64,000 nt of DNA from Lingula anatina (Eukaryota > Animalia > Brachiopoda), in assembly GCA_051362555.1 (NCBI GenBank), contig CM120644.1:7758954-7822953 (forward strand), in the 5' to 3' direction. This document shows positions 1-11,581 of this stretch, piece after piece (position 1 is the first letter of the stretch; every line of letters starts with the position of its first letter). Position numbers and translations under genes: made by a program. The notes under the pieces are model-generated. The model made no database searches. It was given only the letters and a program-made list of their open reading frames with translations, and was not told where the DNA came from.

Positions 1-1219
1 AATTCTGGAATCCCTGATTTCATCATCTGGGCGCCAGTCACCAGGCAGTCAAGTGACTGTCATCAGTGAAGTAGAGCCCCGAGAACTGTTGCAGCGTGCG
101 TCGCCCTCTCATCATTCGTGGAATGAGTCGAAATTAACTCGCGCGGAAATAAGTGCAAAGATCCAAGTTGTGCCGCGAACTGTAACCGTCACGGCGTCGT
201 TTCTGGCTAATTCAAAACGCAACAACTGGCAGATTGAGATAACCACATAATTTCCTGCACCTTTGCAAAACAAATGCAAATACATTTTCACATTGTAGAA
301 GAATCACTTTACTTACAATTGATAAATGTTTCGGTAATTAAAACTGGAAGTAAGTATCATTAGAAAATGATTCACGGGTATGGTGCTGGAAAAAAGGCAA
401 GTGATAATAATGAAAAGAGAAAGGAAACCACAAGTGATCTCTTTACACGTAGATCTAAGATTTATATAAATTAATTTAATTTAAAAGGAATTGGCGCTCT
501 TCACCATTTATACACATCTTCGTTGCGTATAAGACCTCTCGAGACCTCTCGCTTTGTCACAGATCTTTTATAACCACGTTCATAGTCAGTTTGGACAAAG
601 TTATGACTGGCTATTTTGCCTTTCTTTTTTGGATAAGAAACGCATTACTGACATGCGCCGGGTGTCACTGTCACTTGCACTTTCGCCACAATGTTAGGCA
701 ATTTCATTTCAACCGAGTTCCATCGTAGAATCGAGTTCTCGAACCTGCTGAGAGAGACAGAGATCCTTGTGCTGCTTAACTTGTGCTCGTGGTGAGTACC
801 TGAACTACAGCTTTGATTATTACTTATTTTGTAACTACTCTGTATTGGAAAACCTTTGGCAGATTTTTAAATCTTATGCCCGTTTTATGTAACAGCTAAT
901 AACTTTTAAATATTTTTGGGGAATGAATAGATAGGCCACTTTCCCATAGAACAGTTCATTTATCTAAGCATGCACGGAGTCTCTTAAACTCACAAACGTA
1001 TTTATTTGAACTAGTACAGAAACGGTCTCTCTCTTTCTCTTTTTTTTTCTCTCTCTCTCACACGCACACACACAAACACTTAGTTTTAAATAGATAAATA
1101 AAAACTGATTTGTATCTCTGAAAGCACTGAAGTACACTGAATTATACGTACAGTAGAAATAAAGGCACTACAATGTGAAACTGTGCACAAAATGGCATGC
1201 TTGGTAAACAATCACTTTT

Positions 1220-1222
<3 letters not shown>

Positions 1223-1282
<60 letters not shown>
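1223..1282. repeat. Compound (CT)n(CA)n microsatellite; others are (TA)n at ~6410, ~46090, ~51750, ~56175 and (TG)n at ~34040
   Basis: Seen directly in the sequence. Confidence 0.95.
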
Positions 1283-1284
<2 letters not shown>

Positions 1285-1292
1285 CAAATTAA

Positions 1293-3437
1293 CCCTCAAT
1301 CACCTTTCAGGGGCCTCGCAGGCCCGGACCCATGTATCTTTTGCTCTCTCTTCGTTCGCATGAGGTTTTGAGCCTGTTCCTTTCATGTAATCCTCAAGCA
1401 ACTTATACCCCATCAATGGGTAAATAATTAGTTTTGAAATAATTTACAACATATGTAGAAATTAACTTTTCCAAAAGTTAGTCCCATTTCCTGGAAACCG
1501 GGCCTCTGAGGCCCGGTCGCTTGATAATTTTACTTCCACATGGGATAAGTAAGTCCATGTTACCTCAAATAGCTTTGCTATAAAATGTTTTACACAAGCA
1601 ATATCATGTGTGCTATGACTATCAGTATGGTCAATGAAATCTGCCTGTGAAAGACCTGGAGAAATAATTATTTATGAGTAATCGGTCACCTTGGTCACCT
1701 GATATGCAGATATGTAATATCATTATTACATACCTGATAGACTGCTCTACCTTTGCGAAACTTTCCATTTTGAGAAAAAAAAAACGTTTTTCATACACAG
1801 TGTATACTCATGCACCCAGGTGGAGGTAAAGCGAGCAAGGGACTGGTGTAACATGAAAATCTGACTCCCCCAGTCAGATTTTCATAATGAAAATCTGACT
1901 CCCCATGAAAATTTGACTCCCCCTCCACAAATGTTCATAAATCTTATTTTATTTGAGTATATGACTGTGATATTGTAGTATGTAAAATGGAGGATACTTT
2001 GGCACTTTTTTTTAAGTTTGCAGGTGAATATTTTCATGAAAAAAATATGAAAATTAAAAATGTGCACTTAACCGCCCATTGTCTCCCCTTTGAAAAAGCT
2101 ATTTATTTGATATTGGATGATCATTTCTACATCTTTCCTTTAAATTTACTTTATGAAGATTATATTGGAAATATTTGAAAGTTTGATGGTAAACTATTGG
2201 GTGAAAAAACTAAAAAAAAAAAAGCATGAAAAATAGAAAATTAAAAATGTGCATTTTATCACCCAATAACTCCCCTATGAAAAAGCTATTTATTTGATAT
2301 TTGATGATCATTCTGACATTTTTTCTATTAGGATACTTTATGAAAAATATATTGGAAATATTTAAAAGTTTGATGATAAAATAGTGAGTGAAAGAATGAA
2401 AAATAAATCATGAAAATCTTCATTTTTATACCCATGAGATTTGGATTCCCATAAAGAAAAGGACCTATTTTATATTCAGTCACCATACCATAGTCTACAT
2501 AGTTTGCACAGAGATGTACATTTTGTTATTATTTGAAAGTTTGGTGGTGAAAATTTTGGTGAATATTTTTAAAACAAGTATTCATCTTACTACCTGTAGG
2601 TTTTGCACTTCCATGTCAAAATGCTACATTTTTAACTCAAGAAATTGGCCCCATCGCCTTTTTACTGAATTCTTCTTATATAGCATACCCAGTATTTTAC
2701 CATTCAAACTTTCAAATATTTCCAATATATTCTTCATTAAGTATCCTTAAAGAAAAGATGTCAGAATGATAATCAAATATCAAATAGATAGCCTTTTCAT
2801 AGGGGAGTCATTGGGTGTTAGAATACAAATCTTTAATTTTTCTTATTTTTCGTGTGTTTTTTTATTATTTTTTTCACCCAATTTTTTAACCATCAAACTT
2901 TCAAGTACTTTCAATATATTCCTCATAAAGTATCCTCAAAGAAAAGATGTCAGAATGATCATCAAATATGAAATAAATAGCTTTTTCATAGGGGGGTCAT
3001 TGGGTGTTAGAATATAAAATTTTAATTTTCTCTTATTTTTTAATGTGTTTTTTTATTATTATTATTTTTTTCACCCAATTTTTTAACCATTAAACTTTCA
3101 AGTACTTTCAATATATTCCTCATGAAGTATCCCCAAAGAAAAGATGTTGAAATGGTCATCAAATGTCAAATAAATAGCTTTTTCATAGGGGAGTCCTTGG
3201 GTGGTAAAATACAAATCTTTAATTTTTTTTATTTTTTTCATGAAAATTTTCACCTGCAAACTAACAACAAGTGCCAATGTGTCCTCCATTATGCATACTA
3301 CAAGATCATAGTCATTTACTCAAATTAAATTAGATTTTTGAATGTTTTTTGGGGGGAGTCAGATTTTCATGGTACACCGGGCCTCTGAGGCCCGGTTTCA
3401 GGGTTTACGTAGGGTTCCATTTCCTTGTGGATGAGGG
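1293..3437. mobile_element. piggyBac-like non-autonomous element containing a large internal foldback
   Basis: TTAA at 1289-1292 then CCCTCAATCAC; GTGGATGAGGG then TTAA at 3438-3441. Palindromic subterminal motif CCGGGCCTCTGAGGCCCGG at ~1498 and ~3377, with a variant at ~1310. No transposase ORF. Confidence 0.6.
1843..3380. repeat. Long imperfect inverted repeat; arms ~1843-2440 and ~2690-3380 are made of ~180-bp tandem units
   Basis: CATGAAAATCTGACTCCCC (~1852) pairs with GGGGAGTCAGATTTTCATG (~3353). Repeated GAAAAAGCTATTTATTTGATATT units on the left arm appear reverse-complemented on the right arm. Confidence 0.85.
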
Positions 3438-3778
3438 TTAAAAAAGATAAATAAATAAAACTCTGCTGTGCACCACACACCACTGCAATACACGAAATTT
3501 CAATAACAAAGTCGTTACGCAATGTGTAACTATCCACAAGATGGCATTTTCGGTAAAACTAATAATACAAAACATTTTTTCTCGTGAAGAAGGTAGCTCC
3601 TATTCATTAGCCTAAAGAACTTTCTGTATTGGACAGAAAGTGAGAGTCAGTTTCTACATCTTTTTTTTGTTCATTTTCGTATTCTCTTGCCTTGACGTTG
3701 CTCCTAATGAACTAGTCCCGTGTTTTTCTGTTTCATTTCAGGTTGTCATTCGGGGGACATTGGTAACCAGCAAAGAAA

Positions 3779-5977
3779 ATGGCAATCAAGGCGGTCATCG
3801 GTTCCGTTTTAATGTACTTAATCTTAACGTTCTTCACGTCATTTGTATGCCCCGTGCGAGCATTGCCTGAGCCTCCACCCTCCCTCGGTTCCGTAATACT
3901 TAGCTGCCCCGAGAACTGCAAATTAATGTTCACCGAAAACGGCCAAAGATTACTACGCCAACTACTCGGGATGAAGTTTAGATACACTGTAATTGTTCCA
4001 AATGTGACGGATGCTAGTTACTCGACAGTTACCGACAAAGATCCCGTGGGCATGGAATTGAACTACAGTTGGATGTTATTAAAGAATTCGACCGGTCACC
4101 CCTATTTGCAAGTGTATCCATTCTTTGTTGCCCTTTCACTGTGGACTCTCAAAAATGAAGTTTATGATTTTGAGGTCGATATAGTCCAGAAGCCCGACTC
4201 TTGTTGGAAAGGCCTAAATTTAGAATGCCGCCTGTACAGCATAACATCCGCCATTTTGATTAGCATTTCAGACGCAATGACGGACGTATCATTAAATGAC
4301 GGAGACTTGCAACTGTGTGTAAAGTCATATCTCAGAAATTTGTCACTTCCATTGGAAGGACGCACTGGCTGTAGTCAAGACATGTTATTAAACAGCTCAA
4401 AGGAAAATGTGACTCTTGACTACGTGAGGACACCGCGCCTAGAATCTGTAATAGTTTTTATTGCCCAAACTTTCTTTACTGGAACTATCTTTTACTTTCT
4501 CCCTCTCTTGATACTTAAGGCAATTCCGTCAAGATATTCACTGTATCTTAGCGACGTTGCCCAGGAAGAACTGCAACAGTTTGAATACTACAACAACCTG
4601 ACGCCCTTTAACGAATTATTTTTTGCCCAAAAAGGTAGGCCTAACAGTTGCCTGACCATTCTATACAGGGTATTGGCGTTTGTGATCGTTCACGCAATGA
4701 TATTTTTTTCTGTTGTGACCAACCTCAGGCTGTATCCATTTTTATGGAAAGGTCATTGTGCGTACACGAATTTGTTACGGGTAACTATTTTGTCTTGGAT
4801 ATTTACACACCCTGTAGCGTCTACTTATACTTGTATACTCTTGGATATTCAACCTTGGGTGGGTTATCTTTTTTTCGCAGTCGCACTCACGCTCTGGAGC
4901 TTTGTGTTTGTTGTCTTTGTCACACCCGTTCACACGTACCATAATCTGGCATCCGGGGCTTTTTTTAAGGATATCGGTGTCACATTTTTAGCCAATCGAA
5001 ATGCAGGGTTTCCACCAAGTCACATTTGCCTCGTGACATCCCTTAGACGTCACCTTGAGCCACGCACATTCTTTCACGTGTTGAAGAAAGCCTTCAAATC
5101 CAATGTCTTGTATTCAGTGCTTATGCCCTTTATTTTGCCTTTTATGCCGGTAGGGTTCGTATTCTTGGTCATGCTAGGCATGCAACTCAGCAAAATGGAT
5201 TGTAACCCAGTGCTGAGAAGATTGAAACTTCCATACGCATTTATTTCTTTATTTCCTTTCCTTTATTTCGTCTTTCTTTTGATTGACACGTGTTCAACAA
5301 TATGCTGGGTAGTCATTTTTACTGTATCTGGTCTTTTCATAAACAGCGATCAGAACCTTCCCTATTTAGTGTTTTTGTTCTCAGGGGCCTACTACATCTA
5401 TATCCCATTTCACACCATGCAGGAGAAATATCGCACACTCAAGACCATTGTGTTTAAGGCTTACGATGAATGCCGAAAAGCAAATCACTTCTCTGACTCA
5501 TCGACTGGTACCGCGACAGGAGAGGACTGTGAAACCTTTCGCCTCTTGGAGGTCACTTCTTCCAACTATTCCTCAATAGCCAATGATAGCACACGACACA
5601 GCCGATGTATTCAAATTGAGCGCCCACCAAAACAACCATCCTACCTGCACGCTAGCGGGATCAGAAAAATGGAGAAGGCTCTTTGGAAACGAATATACAC
5701 TCAGATTCTTCCTTTGAAAAGACAACTTCTTTGTGCTGTAATCCTTTCTCTTCTGTCGTTTCTGATTTTAGTTGTGATAATGCTCGCTCTGCATGCTTAT
5801 CACCAAGTTCAACGCTTGAAAACAATAGGGAAGTCATTTGCATCCCTGGCGGCTGCAGCGCTTCCGCAACTGATAATCAACTTCATACGGGCGCCTACGG
5901 AACAAACCATAAAGGAAGAGCAGTGGCAATCTATGGCAACCGATATGATACTTGAATACATGGAAAGTGTACATTAA
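3779..5977 (+). CDS. Uncharacterised multi-pass membrane protein, 732 aa, single coding exon
   Basis: Long uninterrupted ORF. Signal peptide (MAIKAVIGSVLMYLILTFFTSFVCPVRA), ~200-aa Cys- and N-glycosylation-site-containing ectodomain, about 9-11 hydrophobic segments, and a polar loop before the last helices. Confidence 0.85.
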   Translation: MAIKAVIGSVLMYLILTFFTSFVCPVRALPEPPPSLGSVILSCPENCKLMFTENGQRLLRQLLGMKFRYTVIVPNVTDASYSTVTDKDPVGMELNYSWMLLKNSTGHPYLQVYPFFVALSLWTLKNEVYDFEVDIVQKPDSCWKGLNLECRLYSITSAILISISDAMTDVSLNDGDLQLCVKSYLRNLSLPLEGRTGCSQDMLLNSSKENVTLDYVRTPRLESVIVFIAQTFFTGTIFYFLPLLILKAIPSRYSLYLSDVAQEELQQFEYYNNLTPFNELFFAQKGRPNSCLTILYRVLAFVIVHAMIFFSVVTNLRLYPFLWKGHCAYTNLLRVTILSWIFTHPVASTYTCILLDIQPWVGYLFFAVALTLWSFVFVVFVTPVHTYHNLASGAFFKDIGVTFLANRNAGFPPSHICLVTSLRRHLEPRTFFHVLKKAFKSNVLYSVLMPFILPFMPVGFVFLVMLGMQLSKMDCNPVLRRLKLPYAFISLFPFLYFVFLLIDTCSTICWVVIFTVSGLFINSDQNLPYLVFLFSGAYYIYIPFHTMQEKYRTLKTIVFKAYDECRKANHFSDSSTGTATGEDCETFRLLEVTSSNYSSIANDSTRHSRCIQIERPPKQPSYLHASGIRKMEKALWKRIYTQILPLKRQLLCAVILSLLSFLILVVIMLALHAYHQVQRLKTIGKSFASLAAAALPQLIINFIRAPTEQTIKEEQWQSMATDMILEYMESVH

Positions 5978-6407
5978 ACCTTGATTTGAACTTTGATAGC
6001 GAACTTTGACTTCAACTCTTCCCACTCTTATTCATTAATGGACTTGACAAAGAAAAAAAAATGATGAAAAACAAAAAAGTGTCGAAGTACGAATTGGAAA
6101 GAATTGGAAGAGAGAGAGAGAGAGAGAGACTGACGCCTTGCTATATTCGCTATGTGCTACTGGTATATTCGCTATGCCGACTTAAAGGGACATATGTACC
6201 TGCATCATACACGTTATACACATGGCATACAGTATGTACACAGAATGCACCTCTTTGCTCTCCACGATATGTGAATACTGAAGTTAGCAGTTTTATAGAG
6301 TTGTTTGTAGAACACGGATCAAGCATTTATGTCACTGACAGTATCATGTCTGTTATATCTATAGACAGGGCTCTACTCACGTGTGTTGCTGTTCACTCTA
6401 TTTGTTG

Positions 6408-6448
<41 letters not shown>

Positions 6449-7396
6449 AACCCGATACTTTCCCCCGTAGACTGGTATACTGTGTGATTTTACTATTTAG
6501 CCAGTCAAGAGAGTGCCAGTGAAGCAACTGTTTGGTCATGCAAATTTCCAGTGCAGCCACGTAAAATTTTTCTTAATTTTGTCATAATTGTAATGTGCTT
6601 ATAAAAAGCTTTTTACAATAAAAATGCGTTGTCACATTTAAATGTATCTTTTATGCCTTAAAAATGAGAGGACACACACTCGCACGAAAACAAACGTTTT
6701 AATTTTCCGTGCTTTTTTTCGTAAGTTACAGTAGTTCTGGCTGCAGTCATTGCTGTCAATCATTCCAAATTATCTTCACTATATCCGTTTCACAATCATT
6801 CTTAAATCTAAAATTTCACGACAGTCATGTGTTTTCTTTCATTTATACTTTCATTATATGCTGTACTAGTGTAGCAAATGAGACCTCATGTCATTGTGTT
6901 TGGTTAACCTGTTTGGCTTTATATATTCAACTGAACAAAACCCCCGAATCCCCAATAAAATGATTTTATACCTTGCAAATGTCCGAATCTCCAACAATAC
7001 TGCACCACTATGACGCACCTTGGACCAAGAGAACTGGGCACCATACAGGGACAGTTCCGCAGTTTATATGCCAATGGGCTCTGAAGAAATTGTCTATAGT
7101 GTCGCATTTTCCAGTTTTGTGTGAGATATCCTCAGAAATGGATAGCTGAGGGATAAAGATACAAACAGAAATGATGTCATACTATCTTTGCACTGTTTGT
7201 GGAACGCCATCACTGTGCAAACGTTACAATTTTTCGGCTCCCTGCACGCACAGTTCTAAACGTCAGGTGTGTCCTCCAATCCAGAGGATACAGTACAAAG
7301 TACCAAATTGTGGCTTTGAATTTTTATATGGTTAGCTTATTCATTGGTTGTACATTCAGTTAATTTTTTGTGAAAAATTTCCCTTCTGAAGTTTAA

Positions 7397-7732
7397 AGGG
7401 ATAATAACTCTTCGTTTTGGCCAAAAAATGAATTTTCCTGGGGTAAACAACAATTTTCCCATACTTACCAATGGTTTATGAATCCATCTTTACATTCAAA
7501 GTTAGTCCCTGTTTTTTTCTAAAATGTTTGGTTTTTTGTTAAAATCTCTTAAGAGATTATAACACAGTACAGCCATAAATGGAGGTCACGTGGTCTGAAG
7601 ACAAGCACAGATATCAGAATAATAGCTATAACTCCTGTTTTTGTCGTAAAACAGAATATATTATATTTATAGGAGTTATTCACAATGTTTTCATTGTGAA
7701 ATATAGACCTCACACGAAGAGTTATTATCCCT
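7397..7732. mobile_element. Kolobok-like MITE with TTAA target duplication
   Basis: TTAA|AGGGATAATAACTCTTCGT ... ACGAAGAGTTATTATCCCT|TTAA, a perfect 19-bp TIR. Confidence 0.8.
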
Positions 7733-8321
7733 TTAATGAATCATATCGTTTCATGACATGTTTTTCTGTATCACTTCACACATTGCGTTAGGGGTGACAC
7801 TTTTTTTGCTAGGGGAGTATAGCTTTTCTTTGTCATGATCGATCCAGAAAGACATACATATCGGACTGATAAAAATAATACGATGTGTTTTCAGAAAAAG
7901 CATTAAATAAAACAACACAGTTTGCTTTTGTTTTTGTGAGATTTATTTCTGAAAAGGTAATGAATAGGGCAAATTATTTTTTCTAATAATAAAAGACCTA
8001 TTCTTTCAAAAAATTATATTAAACAGAAAGGGATTATATAACAACCATGCAAACATACAAAGACCGTTATCTTAAAAAAAAAGGATAAAAAATATATTAA
8101 AACATGAAAAAGGCTTTTTCTGAACGAATAAGCCTTAAGGGCTACCATTATTTTCATTTTACTTATATAATAAGAAAAAAAAATATCAATTTTACTTGCG
8201 CTGAAATGTTTTGTAACTTTACTATGCACTATTGCAAGTATTGTTTATAGTATACGAGACATGTACCCATTCCCATTTACGGATTATTGTGTACTAATTC
8301 TCGTATTAAGGGACTTCACTA

Positions 8322-8387
8322 CCCAGCGAACACAGAGCGTTTTATAACGATACCATAACGTTACTATAACGTTCTATGTTTGCTGGG
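8322..8387. mobile_element. 66-bp CCC...GGG MITE with TA duplication (EnSpm/CMC-like ends); related copies near 16980-17077 and 24382-24447
   Basis: TA|CCCAGCGAACACAGAGCGTT ... AACGTTCTATGTTTGCTGGG|TA with internal TAACGTT repeats. Confidence 0.65.
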
Positions 8388-8807
8388 TAATTGTCGACTG
8401 ATCGTTTAATCAATACGTAGTTTATACAATAATACATGTACAATGACATTTTTAACTATCAAATGCTAAGCAGCTAAACAGACTTATGTTGATAGGCTTC
8501 ACTCTTTTGTTTAACATTGTTAGTTTTTTTTTGTGTGTGTGTTTTGTGTTTTCTTTTTGATTTTTTTAAGTTAAAGGTCAGTAATCATTATTGAATGTAA
8601 AAAAATAAACTTTTTACACCACAAAACAGAATTGTGAACTTCTCTAGTTAAGATTCATGGCTCTTTAAAAATTTCATATATTATCAGTCGCTTTACAAAT
8701 AATGTTCGCCTGCATACTGGAGAAAGACAGCAATCAGTTTTTCTAAATGGTATTATTAGCGATTGAGCGCTAAAATGCTTATATTGTTTGCAAGTGCCTC
8801 TAGCCGA

Positions 8808-10587
8808 TCATGCGAGAAAGGAACCGATACAAGTTAATGCAAAGACACTCCCAAATTTGGGTATTTCCAAATTTCTCTTGGTATACATGAAGGTTCCGGG
8901 TTCCTCAGGCAACATTTTCACGGTTCCCTTGTTTTTATTTATCACTTCCATCCCGGCTTCATAATCGACGTTGATAAACATATTTACACGGGACTCGGTA
9001 GGAATGGATTCCAGAAGAGCTTTTAGAAGCAACTTAAATGCTTCCGGATTATCAGCGTAGAGCGGAGATATGACTTTCGTACGCGGTGCGTCTTGCACCT
9101 GCCCATAACCCACGACCTCTCCGCCATCTGTGAGAGCTGCAAACGACATGGCCGACGGCTTTGCCAGCCACGCTTTCAAGAACTTTTTCCTTTGAAATAC
9201 ATTGATAGAGGTGTCATAAGTGAGAAGAGCTTCAAAGTCCACCTCATTTGCTGGGATAACGTTGATCACAGAGTGGTTCATTTTGACATCGGAATTTAAG
9301 GTCCCGACATCAAAACGACCTTCGCAAAGACGTACATACCGTCCACCAATTTTCAGGCCGAATTTTATGTTAGCCTGTATTCGGTTGTAAATGGAATAAA
9401 TCACGACGTTTCTATCTCCAGCGTTTTCCATAGTCCTTGCTACAATTTTCTTCGCTGTAATTGATAAAAAATAATCCGTATTGATTGTAAAAATAAATAA
9501 TTATTTACTTTGTAATTGGAATACCTTTCAGTACCCTTTGAAACAGGAAAATGAGAGTAAAATTCTGTAAAGGCCTCTCTACTCAAGTTATGTCGTTGGC
9601 CTTTTTTTGTTAATTTTATGAGAGAAAAAAACGTAATTAATTAACATGAAAGTAAAAGGGGTAATGCTTTTGTATAGCACAATATCGAAAAATGTCAAAA
9701 TGAGACCACATTGCCTGTTACTATATTGGTGAATCGCTTCAATCTTTTTGGGACATTTAAAATAAAGGCCCCTATATCCTCTTCTTGCTACGTCAGGCCC
9801 GTAGCCAGCAATTTCAAAAGGGGGGTTCGTTTTCTGAAAAAGTGGACCTTTTCCCATGAAAACTTCATGCACCTAGATCAAATTTTACCCAGAGTGGACC
9901 TTTTCCCAGCAAAAGGGGCGGTTCTTTCGAACCCCCCGAACCCCCCCTGGCTACGGGCCTGTACGTACACATTAAATCTGCGTAACTTTATGCCAAATAG
10001 AACTTACGTACCGATGCTTGAGCCCCTGTATTTTTGGTCTACTATCAGGAAGTTACACATGGCGTTTTCGCCATCCAGTAAAATGATTAAATATGAGCCT
10101 GAAAGAATAAACAGCACTAGTAGAATATCGCAATATATGAGAGTGTTTAGTACATGCTTTGTAAGTATTAAATTTCTTTCTTACAAAATCACACTATTTA
10201 GGCCGAGCCTTGAAAACATAAATTGGCTAATATTCCTCTCCCCCGTCCCTCTCTCTCTCTCTCCGCCAAACTCTTTAGGAAAAATGGAACAGTTTTACAC
10301 ACATACACACACAAACACACACACACGCACACACACGCACACACACCAAGAGCAACAACAAAAAAAAAACTCGATCTGTACTGACCAATTATTTTGCCAT
10401 GGAGGTCAGCAACAAGGTAGTGCCCGACTTCAACTAATTCAAGCAAAACTTTCAACGTTTCTTTGGACACTTCCCAGTGAACTTGATCAGTAAATTCGTA
10501 TAATTCATCAAGGTCTTCTAATGTGGCAGGTCGAATAATGACTCCCGAAGTCACGTCGTGCATCTGTACGGTGGAAGCGACAGACAT
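8808..10587 (-). CDS. GNAT N-acetyltransferase, YitH/holothin-acyltransferase-like, copy 1 (311 aa); exons 10587-10386, 10098-10012, 9454-8808
   Basis: GT-AG introns join in phase (202+87+647=936 nt). Motifs IIRPAT..DL, IVDQKYRGSSIAKK (motif A), FEALLTYD...QRKKFL, GEVVGYG, ISPLYADN. Confidence 0.85.
9794..9961. mobile_element. 168-bp MITE with 15-bp TIR and 5-bp TSD (TACGT) in intron 2 of GNAT copy 1
   Basis: TACGT|CAGGCCCGTAGCCAG ... CTGGCTACGGGCCTG|TACGT. The empty site (GCTACGTACACATT) is visible in copy 3 at ~25911. Relatives at 10985-11085, 21389-21556 and ~26983-27143. Confidence 0.85.
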
Positions 10588-11084
10588 CTGGAAGAAAAAT
10601 AAATTGAGCAGATCACAATGGTGATGGGTTTGGCAAATGATGATTGCTAAACTAGCAACCGGCTTTGGCCAGTGTGGATGTCTGTTAAACATCCGTCTGT
10701 ATAACATATCTTTATAAGCACATGCTTGGTAAAAACGGCGGTCACAGCTCTAATTCCACAACTTTTTGTTCACAAATGACGGTGATATTTTTAACAGATA
10801 TATTTCATTCCACATTTGCAAGAGCTGACTTCAACGTTACGACAGGCTTCATCGAGAAAATACACTTGCACACACTTTTCGTCTTGTGAGTGATTTGCTT
10901 TGAGCCCTGATAATAAAACTACTGAGCACCTGTGGCATGAATTGGAGTGTGCAATGCAGAGTAGAATCAACCCCCTAATAATATCAGGCCTGCAGCCGAG
11001 AGGGGTTCGGGGGGTTCGGAAGAACCGCCCTTTCAGTCAGGAAAAGTTTCATTTTGGATAAAATTTGATCTAGGTACACAGTTT

Positions 11085-11370
11085 CATTAGGCAGTTCGGC
11101 AGCATGAAAGGGAGTTGTACGACATACGCACTGATCGAAGCCATAGACCTTATTGCAAGGCAGACTGACACTGTAGGACAATATGCCAGAATGCTTTTGG
11201 TCGATTACACCAAAGCATTCGATAGAATAGACCACAAACTGCTCAATCAAAAACTGTCTGAATTAGGTATCCCAGGAATTATTTCAAACTGGATTTACAG
11301 CTTCTTAGCTGAAAGGAAACAGAGTGTCAAGAGTGGTAGTGTGGAATCAGACTAGTAGATAATCAAAGGC
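11085..11370 (+). mobile_element. LINE reverse-transcriptase fragment (CR1/L2/Rex-like)
   Basis: KGSCTTYALI...RMLLVDYTKAFDRIDH...GIPGIISNWIYSFLAERKQSVK, typical of non-LTR RT domains 2-3; truncated, with stops. Confidence 0.85.
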
Positions 11371-11581
11371 TTGAGAGAGTGGGGTCTGATGTCTGATATC
11401 AGCTGGGAAGGTCACATCTGTGTAAAAGGCTACACAATTGAATAAATTGTATAACATATAGGCACCTTCTCAGGTATTATGTATTTTCTGTACCATGAGT
11501 CATATCATGAGTCATATGGTATCTCAGACAAAAAAATTCTATTCAAAATGACCATTTGTAGACATAAAAAAAAGGAATTAA

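Larger units (their letters stand above)
792..3741 (+). other. Probable 5'-UTR intron of the 732-aa membrane protein gene
   Basis: Donor GTG|GTGAGT at 792; pyrimidine-rich acceptor TTTCTGTTTCATTTCAG| ending 3741, 37 nt before the ATG. Confidence 0.45.

Noticed and set aside
2-250. Open frame running in from the window edge (…NNWQIEITT-stop)
   Set aside because: Could be the end of an upstream gene, but it has no recognisable motif and is too short to support a call.
9711-10493. 260-aa plus-strand ORF
   Set aside because: Antisense to GNAT exons, runs through a MITE and microsatellites, and is not conserved in the paralogs.
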